The notes beneath the pieces are model-generated. The model had not been told where the DNA came from. It did no database searches and saw nothing but the letters and a program-made list of their open reading frames with translations. Source: a virus. Taken from it: a DNA stretch of 64,000 nucleotides. The stretch's first letter is position 1. Each line of letters begins with the position of its first letter. The stretch covers positions 1 through 64,000 of IMG/VR virus record IMGVR_UViG_3300021964_000012; one strand, written 5' to 3'. Below are positions 28,777 to 37,889 of this stretch, piece by piece. The position numbers were made by a program, and so were the translations under genes.

Positions 28777-29819
28777 GCACACACTTTCCTTTAGATTGGG
28801 CTTATGGAAAAGATGAATTATATATCTTTGATAAAACGCACAGTCAAATTGATAAAAAGTTTCCAAATCAGCGTAACTTGTTAATTAATACCACATGGTT
28901 TGGCAGTCAATTTGGTGATAATAACGACTGCTGGACAGAAGCGATGAATTTAGAAGGTAAATTTACTAATCTATTTTTATTATGTATTATTGATCCAATA
29001 TATCTTTTTGAAGAAGATCTAGAAAAAATAATAAACAAGTACAATATTAAAAACATATATCGAATCGGAATGTTCGAAGGTGAAGCAATGGAATGGAACT
29101 TTCATGCACTTATTGCCAACGACCGCATGCCTGAATATAAGGAAGAAGAGGTATTAATGCAAAGTGCAGACTTTGCGTATATGCTATATCAAAGAAAACC
29201 AAGACTGCATCGAGTTGAAATTACCAATATTTTAAGAGAACAACCGCATCTGTTAGAACGTGGTATTGTTACATTAGGTGGAGTAGCAAAAGATGGAACA
29301 GATTGGCACCAAGGTCTTGAAGTTATTCCAATGACAATAGATGATCTACCGTCGGCATACAAGCAGACAGACGGAGATGATGACGATCATGCTGGAGTTC
29401 CAAATGATCTTGTAACAATTGGACGCCTTGATTTGTGGCAAAACCATTTTTTAAATGTGGTAAGCGAAACAGAATTTGACGAATGGAAACCTGTGTTTAT
29501 GACAGAAAAAATTTGGAAGCCAATGATAGGACTACGTCCGTTTCATGTGCATGGTAATCCAAGATCTTATCAATGGTTAAGAGACAGAGGATTTCGAACA
29601 TTTAATCATTATTGGAAACATTTGCCGGTTGAGACAATTACAGAAGAATACGGTCAACATAATGCACTAATGGATGTAATAAATTATCTAGTGGATATGC
29701 CAAGATTAGAAATAGAACAAATGTACCTTGACATGTTACCAGATTTGCGTTATAATAAAGCTCGCCTTAAAGAATTTAGTAAAGAACAAAAATATAAAAT
29801 GGAGAACTTGTTTGCCTAA
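28761..29819 (+). CDS. putative glycosyltransferase, TEK-motif family
   Basis: 352 aa. VVSETEFDEWKPVFMTEKIWKPMIGLRPFHVHGNPRSYQWLRDRGFRTFNHYW is paralogous to 25500-26510, 42313-43200 and 43191-44249. Confidence 0.45.
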   Translation: MVTRIGTHFPLDWAYGKDELYIFDKTHSQIDKKFPNQRNLLINTTWFGSQFGDNNDCWTEAMNLEGKFTNLFLLCIIDPIYLFEEDLEKIINKYNIKNIYRIGMFEGEAMEWNFHALIANDRMPEYKEEEVLMQSADFAYMLYQRKPRLHRVEITNILREQPHLLERGIVTLGGVAKDGTDWHQGLEVIPMTIDDLPSAYKQTDGDDDDHAGVPNDLVTIGRLDLWQNHFLNVVSETEFDEWKPVFMTEKIWKPMIGLRPFHVHGNPRSYQWLRDRGFRTFNHYWKHLPVETITEEYGQHNALMDVINYLVDMPRLEIEQMYLDMLPDLRYNKARLKEFSKEQKYKMENLFA

Positions 29820-31170
29820 GCAACCAAACGAGACTGATCTAGCATATAAAGAACGTGTACTTAATCCACTTAGTGATAGCATGTGTGGAGCCAAATGGTA
29901 TAATGCAACTATATGGTTAGGCTCAGGCATGACAACTAGTTGCCATCATCCACTTCCACATCATGTAAGTGTAGAGAATGTTATTGCTAATCCTAAGGCA
30001 CTACACAACACGCCACATAAAAAACATGAGCGTTTGCAGATGCAATATGGCGAGCGTCCAAAGGGTTGCGAGTATTGTTGGAAAGTAGAAGACATAGGCA
30101 GAGACAACATCAGTGATAGGGTTTACAAGAGTGTAATCTACGATGATGAAGCACTCAAACATGCCCATGAAACCGACCACAATGAGGACATAGACTTAAA
30201 AACACTAGAAATAGCATTTGATCGTACTTGTAACCTAGCATGCAGTTATTGTAATCCTGCTTTTAGCACCACATGGGTAAAAGATATAAAGAAGAACGGT
30301 GCATATCAAGGCCTCGTAAGCGATGGCCGCAATCATTTTACACATCCACATGATAGCTCGCAGTTGTATAGGTTCAACGAAACTAATCCTTACATCGAAG
30401 CGTTCTTTAAATGGTGGGAATCAGATCTGCACAGAACTTTACAAGAATTACGCATAACAGGTGGAGAACCAATGATGAGCGGACACCTGTGGAAACTATT
30501 AGACTGGTTCAAAGAAAACAAAGGCGCAAGTAAAACACGCATTGCTATCAACAGTAATCTACAGTGTAGCACAGATGATATAGAAAAACTACTTGATCGG
30601 GCTGATAGTGCTCCGCTGGACATTTATACAAGTAACGAAAGCATAGTAGATCAAGCAGAATACATACGTGATGGACTTGACTGGAACACATGGCAGACAA
30701 ACTTTGAAATGTTGGCCTCAAGCAATAAGTTACGTGGTTTGCACAACATGTGTACAATTAATGCATTGTGTTTGGAGTCATTGCCAGAATTTTTAGATTA
30801 TTTACTGAATATAAAAGCAAAATATGGCAGAGACTTTCCTAGTTTTACACTTAATATACTTCGATTTCCTAGTTTTCAAAGTGCATTAGCATTACCTGAC
30901 CAAATACGCTCGGCATACAAAGATCGATTACAACATTGGTTTGATCTCAATGTAGACAACAAACTATTTCATGAACATGAACTTAATCAAACACAACGTT
31001 TATTAGATTACTTAGATGTAGTTAAAACTCCGCACAGTGAAGCATTTGAGACACCAAAACTACACAACGACTTTGTAAAATTTTATACACAGTATGATAT
31101 CAGACGTAATAAAAATTTTAATAAAGTATTTCCAAGTATGAAAGAATGGTTTAATGAGTTACAACTATAA
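29812..31170 (+). CDS. radical SAM enzyme with N-terminal SPASM/twitch-like Cys motif (long subtype)
   Basis: CNLACSYCNP, GGEPMM. N-terminal MCGAKW..(14)..SCHHP ... CEYCWKVEDIG. Start uncertain: the track start 29728 is TTG and overlaps the upstream gene by 92 nt. I prefer TTG 29812 (GGAG 7 nt upstream). ATG 29881 is the alternative. Confidence 0.75.
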   Translation: MPKQPNETDLAYKERVLNPLSDSMCGAKWYNATIWLGSGMTTSCHHPLPHHVSVENVIANPKALHNTPHKKHERLQMQYGERPKGCEYCWKVEDIGRDNISDRVYKSVIYDDEALKHAHETDHNEDIDLKTLEIAFDRTCNLACSYCNPAFSTTWVKDIKKNGAYQGLVSDGRNHFTHPHDSSQLYRFNETNPYIEAFFKWWESDLHRTLQELRITGGEPMMSGHLWKLLDWFKENKGASKTRIAINSNLQCSTDDIEKLLDRADSAPLDIYTSNESIVDQAEYIRDGLDWNTWQTNFEMLASSNKLRGLHNMCTINALCLESLPEFLDYLLNIKAKYGRDFPSFTLNILRFPSFQSALALPDQIRSAYKDRLQHWFDLNVDNKLFHEHELNQTQRLLDYLDVVKTPHSEAFETPKLHNDFVKFYTQYDIRRNKNFNKVFPSMKEWFNELQL

Positions 31171-32437
31171 CAGTAGCGATCCAATAAAAATAAAACTAAG
31201 TGACTTAGAAGAACGTGAACGTTTCTTATTAAGTGAAAGCAAGACTTTTTGCATGTATCCATGGATACACTTACATGCATATCCAACTGGTGAAGCATAT
31301 CCTTGTTGTCATGCTGAAATGGGTGTAGGACAGGTAGGCAACTGCAAAACAAATACAATGTTAGAAATTTGGAATAGCCCTGAACAAAAGAAACTACGTC
31401 AAGATATGTTAACTGAAACCAAAAATGACGCATGCGGAAGATGCTATGAACAAGAAGCATCAGGATTCTTTTCAGGTAGACAAAGTGCAAACAAGCATCA
31501 TGGACACCACATACACAGAACACAAGACACAACTGTCGAGGGTGAGTATAAAGATTTTGAAATGACCTATTGGGATATACGTTTTTCAAACTTGTGTAAT
31601 CTAAGTTGTCGGAGTTGTGGACATATATTTTCTAGTAGTTGGCATAAAGACCAGACTGCTCTTGCTGGCCCCGAATGGGCAAAAAATAACAAGGTGTTAA
31701 ACTATGCAGGACGGTTTAAAACTGATATGATGGAACAGTTAATGGAGCATCTTGACTATGTAGAACAAATATACTTTGCTGGTGGTGAACCACTGATGAT
31801 GGATGAACACTATGTGATACTTGAAGAGCTTGAACGTAGAGGCCGTTTTGATGTGCGACTCATTTACAATACAAATTTTACGCATGTTCAACTTAAAGAA
31901 AGATTGGTTTTTGATTATTGGAAAAAGTTTGACAGTGTAGCAGTTGGTGCAAGTTTGGATGCAATGGGTCCTCGTGCTGAGTACATACGTAAAGGCGCCA
32001 AATGGGACATAGTTGAACAAAACAGACATAAAATGATGGAAATATGTCCAAAGGTTGACTTTTATATTTCACCAACACTTAGTATCATGAATGCCTTGCA
32101 CATACCAGACTTTCACAGAGACTGGGTAAACAAAGGATTGCTTCAAGCACAGGATCTAAACATCAATATATTACAAGATCCTAATTACTATAGAATTGAC
32201 ATTGCACCACAAGCGTACAAAGATCAAATCGTTGATGCGTATGAGAAACATCTTGTTTGGTTACGCCCACAAGATAAACTAAACAGAGCAACTGTTGGTT
32301 TTGAAAGTGCATTACAGTATTTAAAAACAGACAACACGCACTTGTTGGAAAAATTTTGGCAAAAGACTCAACAACTTGATGGCATTCGCAATGAAAATAT
32401 TCTTGACATTATACCAGAATTGGATGCATTAAAGTGA
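31154..32437 (+). CDS. radical SAM enzyme with N-terminal SPASM/twitch-like Cys motif (short subtype)
   Basis: 427 aa. FCMYPWIHLHAYPTGEAYPCCH...LEIWNSPEQKKLRQDM...CGRCYEQE, then CNLSCRSCGH and GGEPLMM. Confidence 0.8.
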   Translation: MSYNYNSSDPIKIKLSDLEERERFLLSESKTFCMYPWIHLHAYPTGEAYPCCHAEMGVGQVGNCKTNTMLEIWNSPEQKKLRQDMLTETKNDACGRCYEQEASGFFSGRQSANKHHGHHIHRTQDTTVEGEYKDFEMTYWDIRFSNLCNLSCRSCGHIFSSSWHKDQTALAGPEWAKNNKVLNYAGRFKTDMMEQLMEHLDYVEQIYFAGGEPLMMDEHYVILEELERRGRFDVRLIYNTNFTHVQLKERLVFDYWKKFDSVAVGASLDAMGPRAEYIRKGAKWDIVEQNRHKMMEICPKVDFYISPTLSIMNALHIPDFHRDWVNKGLLQAQDLNINILQDPNYYRIDIAPQAYKDQIVDAYEKHLVWLRPQDKLNRATVGFESALQYLKTDNTHLLEKFWQKTQQLDGIRNENILDIIPELDALK

Positions 32438-33639
32438 AGTTACCACATGAAAAGTTTTGTGTGTTGCCATGGGTAAGTTTAGAAACATCACCAATTGGAA
32501 CAGTCCGACCTTGTTGTCTAGCAGAAGATGAAATAACAGACAATAACGGCAAAAAATATAGTTTGCTTAATACCGACCTAAATAAAATACACAATAGTGA
32601 TTATATGCAAACATTGCGTAAAGAGTTTTTAGATGGCATTCAACCTGAAACTTGTCGTAAATGTTGGAACGAAGAACGCTCAGGTCGTACCTCAAAACGG
32701 ATGCACACACTTAACAGATTAGAACATATTGTTACAGACACCGAATGGACTGTTGATGCAAAACCCTTGGTGTTTATAGATTTTAAACTTGGCAACATAT
32801 GTAATTTAAAATGTAGAATATGTGGATCGTGGAGCTCGAGTACGTTTGCTGCTGAAGAAGTTAAATTTGAGGGTAAAGACAGCTTTCATTATCAAATGCT
32901 TAAAGATGGAGCATGGCCAAGACGCAATCAAAAGTTTTGGACAGAGATTGATAAACTAATGGAGCAAGTACAATACTTGGAGTTTACTGGTGGCGAACCA
33001 TTTATGATACAAGAACATTTTGATTTACTACAAAGAATGGTTGATCAAGGCATTGCATCAAATGTAGAAATACATTACAATACAAACGGAACACACTTTC
33101 CAGACCATGCAGAATCAATTTGGAAAAATTTTAAATTGGTTGAGATTGCTTTTAGCATAGACGATGTTGGTCCACGTTTTGAATATCAACGTGCAAATGC
33201 CGTATGGGATGAAGTAAATGCAAACATGGATAGATTTGAGGCTCTGCGTGATCGCAACACAAACATACAATTGCAAGTGTGTTCAACTGTGAATATTTTT
33301 AACGTTATGTACTTGGAAGGCTTGGCAAATTGGATTGACCAACGTAATTTTGATTTTATATACTGGAACATGCTACACGAAGCACGGCATCACAGTGTTG
33401 GTACTCTGCCTGACCGTGCAAAAGAGCTTGTATCTAATAAATTAATGTCTGCTAAGGTATCTAATTTTCATATGAAAGAGTTTGTCAAGATAGTAGATTT
33501 TATAGAAGCAGGTATCAGTTTAGATGGCACAGAACTACGTAGAAGTGTGCAACAGGTAGACCGTCGAAGATCACAGGATTTGCGTATACACCATCCAGAA
33601 CTCGCAGATGCAATAGATTACGAAGGACCAAACACATGA
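32434..33639 (+). CDS. radical SAM enzyme with N-terminal SPASM/twitch-like Cys motif (short subtype)
   Basis: 401 aa, GTG start in a GTGA overlap. FCVLPWVSLETSPIGTVRPCC...CRKCWNEE, then CNLKCRICGS and GGEPFM. Confidence 0.8.
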   Translation: MKLPHEKFCVLPWVSLETSPIGTVRPCCLAEDEITDNNGKKYSLLNTDLNKIHNSDYMQTLRKEFLDGIQPETCRKCWNEERSGRTSKRMHTLNRLEHIVTDTEWTVDAKPLVFIDFKLGNICNLKCRICGSWSSSTFAAEEVKFEGKDSFHYQMLKDGAWPRRNQKFWTEIDKLMEQVQYLEFTGGEPFMIQEHFDLLQRMVDQGIASNVEIHYNTNGTHFPDHAESIWKNFKLVEIAFSIDDVGPRFEYQRANAVWDEVNANMDRFEALRDRNTNIQLQVCSTVNIFNVMYLEGLANWIDQRNFDFIYWNMLHEARHHSVGTLPDRAKELVSNKLMSAKVSNFHMKEFVKIVDFIEAGISLDGTELRRSVQQVDRRRSQDLRIHHPELADAIDYEGPNT

Positions 33640-34202
33640 TATTAGTTGTCATAGCACTAGAAGAAGAATTACCAGGATCGTTACCAAGCGGATATAAAAA
33701 ATTAATCACAGGCGTAGGGAAAGTAAATGCAAGTATCGCACTTACTGCTGAGTTATGCCATAACAATCATTATACAAAAATTATAAACTACGGTTCAGCA
33801 GGCGGCAGTAAAGAAATTAAAGGCGAACTTGTAGGAGTAAGTGCAGTTATTGAACGTGATATGGATTGCACTCCTCTTGGCTTGCCATTGTATGTTTCAC
33901 CTGGCGATGAAGAACAAATGATAGTGTGTCAGACCAAACACGACAGTCTGTTTGTGTGCGGAACAGGAGACAGTTTTAGCGTGCCGCACATTAACTATCA
34001 AATATGCGAAATGGAAGCATACGCACTCGCAAAAGTTTGTCATAAATTCAATATTCCTTTTGACTGTTACAAGTACATTTCAGACAGTGACGCAGACGGT
34101 GAAGATCAAGGCCGTGAATGGGAAGCAAATGTTCACAAGGGTGCAGAACTGTTTAGAAGAACAATACTCACTGAACAAGAACAGATAGCATTTGAATGGT
34201 AG
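33636..34202 (+). CDS. mtnN: 5'-methylthioadenosine/S-adenosylhomocysteine (5'-deoxyadenosine) nucleosidase, PNP_UDP_1 family
   Basis: 188 aa. TGVGKVNASIALT, IINYGSAGG, GTGDSF and EMEAYALAKVCHKFNIPFDCYKYISD align with E. coli MtnN/Pfs blocks (GIGKVAAA, IINTGSAGG, SGDAF, VEMEATAIAHVCHNFNVPF..ISD). Shorter than the E. coli enzyme. Confidence 0.8.
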   Translation: MILVVIALEEELPGSLPSGYKKLITGVGKVNASIALTAELCHNNHYTKIINYGSAGGSKEIKGELVGVSAVIERDMDCTPLGLPLYVSPGDEEQMIVCQTKHDSLFVCGTGDSFSVPHINYQICEMEAYALAKVCHKFNIPFDCYKYISDSDADGEDQGREWEANVHKGAELFRRTILTEQEQIAFEW

Positions 34203-35506
34203 ACAGGCCTGAACAAAAGCCTGAAACCTTATGCATGGCTCCGTGGACACACACCTATCTATCTCCGCAGACCGAACGCAGAATGTGTTGTGCTAGTCGT
34301 GAATCAGCACAGAGCTTTAAACAGTATATTGATACTGGATCGGGCACAGGAACATACAATCCGCAAACACTAGAAGAACATTGGAACGGCGATCATATGC
34401 GTAGTGTAAGAAGGCGTATGATGGCTGGTGAAAAACTAAGCGAGTGCGAAGTTTGTACAGATAAACTTCTTAATACTGATGTGTATAGAACTTACTTTTG
34501 GCACTTGTTTCAACACCGTTATGATGAGCTATGGACCAGTACCGACGACACTGGTTGGACCTCAATGAAGCCAATCAGTTGGGACTATAGATTTTCAAAC
34601 TTGTGTAACTTTAAATGTCGTACCTGTGGTGATATGCTTAGTTCAAGTTGGGAAACAGAACAACGTAAACACAACATGGTTAATTTAGACAACCCAAAAA
34701 ACAACTGGATGCGGCCAGAGGTTCGTAAAGAAATAAGCAAATTTCAGGATACACAAATTGAAAAAGAGTTTTCAGATGCAGTTGAAGAACATAGAATTGA
34801 AGAAATCTATTGGGTAGGTGGCGAACCACTGATGTATGAACAACACTGGCGATACATGAAACGCATAGTCGAACTTGGCGATGGGCCTGGATTGTATGCA
34901 CGTTATAATAGCAATCTTAGTAGAGTGAATTATAAAGGTCAAAATCTCTATAAAGATATACTTGCTAATATACGTGATTGGCAGATATGTGCCAGTATTG
35001 ATGGCACAGGTGCTATTGGTGAATATATAAGAACTGGACTAAACTATGATCAATTTGTAGATAATTTTAAACAAGGTTGTGATATCGCAACGCACAGACG
35101 GCAAATGCGTTTAGACTTTACTCTTACACTACCTGGATTGTTTGAAGTTGTACACATGCAACAATTAGCCGATAGATTAGGTGTTGACATCCTTGCTAAA
35201 GTTATTTTTACATTTACGCCAGATATTATTATGTCACCACTTGCATTGCCTCGTAAATTATTAGATCGCATGGTCAACCAACTAATTAACAATAATGTAT
35301 TAGGAACTGCATTGCAAGACGTGCTTGTCCAACTTAAAAATAGACCAACGATGGAAGAACAGTTTCCTGATTACATACAAGGTATGCAAGAAGGAAAAAG
35401 GCGTGTACTCAAATTAGAAGAGATTAGAAATGATAAGTTTACTATGAAAGATATACTCAGCAAAGATCAAGAAGTGTTAGATTGGTGGAATAGCATTGAT
35501 GCTTGA
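34196..35506 (+). CDS. radical SAM enzyme with N-terminal SPASM/twitch-like Cys motif (short subtype)
   Basis: 436 aa. LCMAPWTHTYLSPQTERRMCC...CEVCTDK, then CNFKCRTCGD and GGEPLM. Confidence 0.8.
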   Translation: MVDRPEQKPETLCMAPWTHTYLSPQTERRMCCASRESAQSFKQYIDTGSGTGTYNPQTLEEHWNGDHMRSVRRRMMAGEKLSECEVCTDKLLNTDVYRTYFWHLFQHRYDELWTSTDDTGWTSMKPISWDYRFSNLCNFKCRTCGDMLSSSWETEQRKHNMVNLDNPKNNWMRPEVRKEISKFQDTQIEKEFSDAVEEHRIEEIYWVGGEPLMYEQHWRYMKRIVELGDGPGLYARYNSNLSRVNYKGQNLYKDILANIRDWQICASIDGTGAIGEYIRTGLNYDQFVDNFKQGCDIATHRRQMRLDFTLTLPGLFEVVHMQQLADRLGVDILAKVIFTFTPDIIMSPLALPRKLLDRMVNQLINNNVLGTALQDVLVQLKNRPTMEEQFPDYIQGMQEGKRRVLKLEEIRNDKFTMKDILSKDQEVLDWWNSIDA

Positions 35507-36554
35507 TCGGGTTGAAATGCAATTGCGTGGGCCAAATGGTTTGTTGCCTGTATTCTTTGATGTGTATGATAATAGTTTAAGTCGTAAATGGTTAACTGCA
35601 TTTAATAATTTACTGGATAATAAATTACATCTTGAAAAAAACTATTGCTTTTTTGGATTTCCTGACAATGAACGTAACTTAGACTTTTTAGCCAGTGAAA
35701 TCAATAGAACTATTGCAGGGATAAATGGCAGCAACATTGACTATGTTATAAAAGATTATTTTTCTGCTGAAAATATGGTTGAAAAAAATTGGAGTGAACT
35801 TAACCAAGCAGTGAAAATTGATATAAATCATACAAAATTCAACCAGTTGCATTTATACTTTGAGGAAACACAAGGTGTGAGTGGTGCAATGAGCGAACAT
35901 TATACTAATGCTGATGCAGAAACACGTTGGTATATCAGGCAACTTAATTTATTATGTCATGAAGCAGAATGTCTTATAATAAGTTTAGGAAGAAAAGATG
36001 CGGCTCCGGAATGGATACGTCCTAGTAATGTTATGTGTTGGTTGCATGCTCCAAGATTTGTACTAGATGCTGAAGATTATAATCAATTTGGAGTTGACAC
36101 AATAGCAAGAGATCACGGTGGTGTATACGTTGGTGTTAACAAAGCAGTAGGAAAACATCATTATGAGGTTTTTAGCGACGAAGGCAGAGACAGTAGAATT
36201 GACGAGCTTACAACCACCACACTTAAACCACAAACAGAAGCTGCAGGTGATTTTGACATAGAATGGGGTAAAGCAACTTCTGACCAAAGTTTTATGCAAA
36301 CAAAACTAAATGATTTTAGAACATGGCTCAAGGCAAACAATTTTGATCCAGATGACCCTAGTTTGACAATAGGTCATCCAAAAATTGGACAGGTTGATTT
36401 AAAACACAGTTTTGGCACAGAGGATTTTTTGCAAGTGTTAGCAAAATTATCACAATATCTTGATGTATACAGTATCAAAACCAGTAAAAGTTATTGCGAA
36501 TACGATTACACATGGCATCAAAGTAAAGAACTACAAATACCTTTAATTGATTGA
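35499..36554 (+). CDS. hypothetical protein (island member)
   Basis: The track start 35496 is TTG. ATG 35499 gives an 8-nt overlap with the upstream stop. 351 aa, no motif recognised. Confidence 0.6.
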   Translation: MLDRVEMQLRGPNGLLPVFFDVYDNSLSRKWLTAFNNLLDNKLHLEKNYCFFGFPDNERNLDFLASEINRTIAGINGSNIDYVIKDYFSAENMVEKNWSELNQAVKIDINHTKFNQLHLYFEETQGVSGAMSEHYTNADAETRWYIRQLNLLCHEAECLIISLGRKDAAPEWIRPSNVMCWLHAPRFVLDAEDYNQFGVDTIARDHGGVYVGVNKAVGKHHYEVFSDEGRDSRIDELTTTTLKPQTEAAGDFDIEWGKATSDQSFMQTKLNDFRTWLKANNFDPDDPSLTIGHPKIGQVDLKHSFGTEDFLQVLAKLSQYLDVYSIKTSKSYCEYDYTWHQSKELQIPLID

Positions 36555-36579
36555 CAACTACACTAAAGGAGTGTATAAT
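36551..36579 (+). promoter_or_regulatory. sigma70-consensus promoter candidate upstream of metK
   Basis: TTGACA (36551-36556), 17 nt spacer, TATAAT (36574-36579). The -10 box overlaps the ATG of the small ORF at 36578. Confidence 0.4.
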
Positions 36580-36682
36580 GATAAAATGGTTCAAGAATCT
36601 TATCAGCAAAATAAAACTAGAAATAAGATATCGTAAAAAATTAAAAGAACTGAGGAAAAGGGATCCTTTTATATACAAATGA
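36578..36682 (+). CDS. small basic ORF (34 aa), hypothetical
   Basis: MIKWFKNLISKIKLEIRYRKKLKELRKRDPFIYK. AAGGAG lies 7 nt upstream, and the stop overlaps the metK start (ATGA). Below the ORF-track size cutoff. It conflicts with use of the overlapping promoter candidate. Confidence 0.3.
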   Translation: MIKWFKNLISKIKLEIRYRKKLKELRKRDPFIYK

Positions 36683-37779
36683 GTTATATTTTCACATCAG
36701 AGTCAGTGAGCAAAGGCCATCCTGACAAAATAGCAGACCAAATATCAGATGCATTAGTCGATGCTGGTTTGCAAGCCGGTGACGAAACAACACGTGTTGC
36801 AGTTGAAACAATGGTAACAACAAATTATGTTGTACTAGCAGGAGAAGTAAAAAACTTCAACGTCACTGATGAACAAGTTGAGCAGATTATTAGAGACAAA
36901 GTTAAAGAGATCGGCTATGAGCAAGAAGGCTTTCATTGGGATAAACTTAAAGTTGATAACAAAACAATCAACAACCAGTTGCACTCTCAAAGTTCAGACA
37001 TTGCTCTAGGTACAGATGATTTTGGTGCAGGTGATCAAGGTATTATGTTTGGATATGCTTGCAATGACAATGAAGCAATGATGCCAGCACCTATCTATTA
37101 TTCACACGAACTACTAAAAGAACTAAATGACATGCGAGCAGATGGTTATCATTTTTTGCTACCAGATGCAAAGAGTCAAGTTAGTGTTGAATATGAAGGC
37201 GGAAAAGTAAAACGTATTGATCAAGTTGTTATAAGTCATCAACACAAAGAAGGTTTTCAACATAGTGTTATAGCACCTTTCAAAACCGCAGTAGAAAAAG
37301 TACTAGGCAATTTAATAGATGACAATACAGTATTTCATTTTAATCCTACTGGCAAATTTGTTATTGGTGGACCCGATGGTGACACTGGACTTACTGGTCG
37401 TAAAATTATTGTTGATACCTATGGTGGTTTTGCTCCTCACGGTGGTGGGGCATTTAGTGGAAAAGATCCTACTAAGGTAGACCGTAGTGCGGCCTATATG
37501 GCTCGTTGGTTGGCAAAGAATGTAGTTGCAGACGATATGGCTGACTGGTGTCAAATACAATTAAGTTATGCTATTGGCGTAAAAGAACCTACCAGCATCT
37601 ATGTAGATTCAAATGGACACAACAGAAGTATACAAAAGTTTATCAGAGACAATATTGATCTTACGCCAAAAGGTATAATTGATAGATTTGATCTTTTTAA
37701 ATTTTATGAATACAGTGCAAATTGCACATACGGACACTTTGGCAACAAAGATGTTCCTTGGGAAAAGGTAGGCTGGTAA
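36679..37779 (+). CDS. metK: S-adenosylmethionine synthetase
   Basis: 366 aa. FTSESVSKGHPDKIADQISDALVDA, GAGDQGIMFGYA and GGGAFSGKDPTKVDRSAAYMARW are canonical MetK motifs. Confidence 0.95.
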   Translation: MSYIFTSESVSKGHPDKIADQISDALVDAGLQAGDETTRVAVETMVTTNYVVLAGEVKNFNVTDEQVEQIIRDKVKEIGYEQEGFHWDKLKVDNKTINNQLHSQSSDIALGTDDFGAGDQGIMFGYACNDNEAMMPAPIYYSHELLKELNDMRADGYHFLLPDAKSQVSVEYEGGKVKRIDQVVISHQHKEGFQHSVIAPFKTAVEKVLGNLIDDNTVFHFNPTGKFVIGGPDGDTGLTGRKIIVDTYGGFAPHGGGAFSGKDPTKVDRSAAYMARWLAKNVVADDMADWCQIQLSYAIGVKEPTSIYVDSNGHNRSIQKFIRDNIDLTPKGIIDRFDLFKFYEYSANCTYGHFGNKDVPWEKVGW

Positions 37780-37889
37780 TGTTTCCACTTAATGATTATG
37801 ATCCAAATTTTTGGGTTAAATGGGCAGCAAATATTATAATTATATTACTTGTATTTTTTGTTGGCATGTCATTATTAGGATTTTTCTAA
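37779..37889 (+). CDS. small hydrophobic peptide (36 aa), hypothetical
   Basis: MFPLNDYDPNFWVKWAANIIIILLVFFVGMSLLGFF. It exactly fills the metK-carbamoyltransferase gap, with TAATG and TAAATG junctions. Confidence 0.4.
   Translation: MFPLNDYDPNFWVKWAANIIIILLVFFVGMSLLGFF

Noticed and set aside
26488-37889. RiPP hypothesis: SPASM-type radical SAM enzymes acting as peptide maturases, with a nearby precursor peptide.
   Set aside because: The only small ORFs nearby (36578-36682 and 37779-37889) are a basic peptide and a hydrophobic helix with no Cys/Ser/Thr-rich core or leader-like features. The surrounding genes are sugar-modifying enzymes. The RiPP idea is not excluded but is less supported than sugar or cyclitol substrates.
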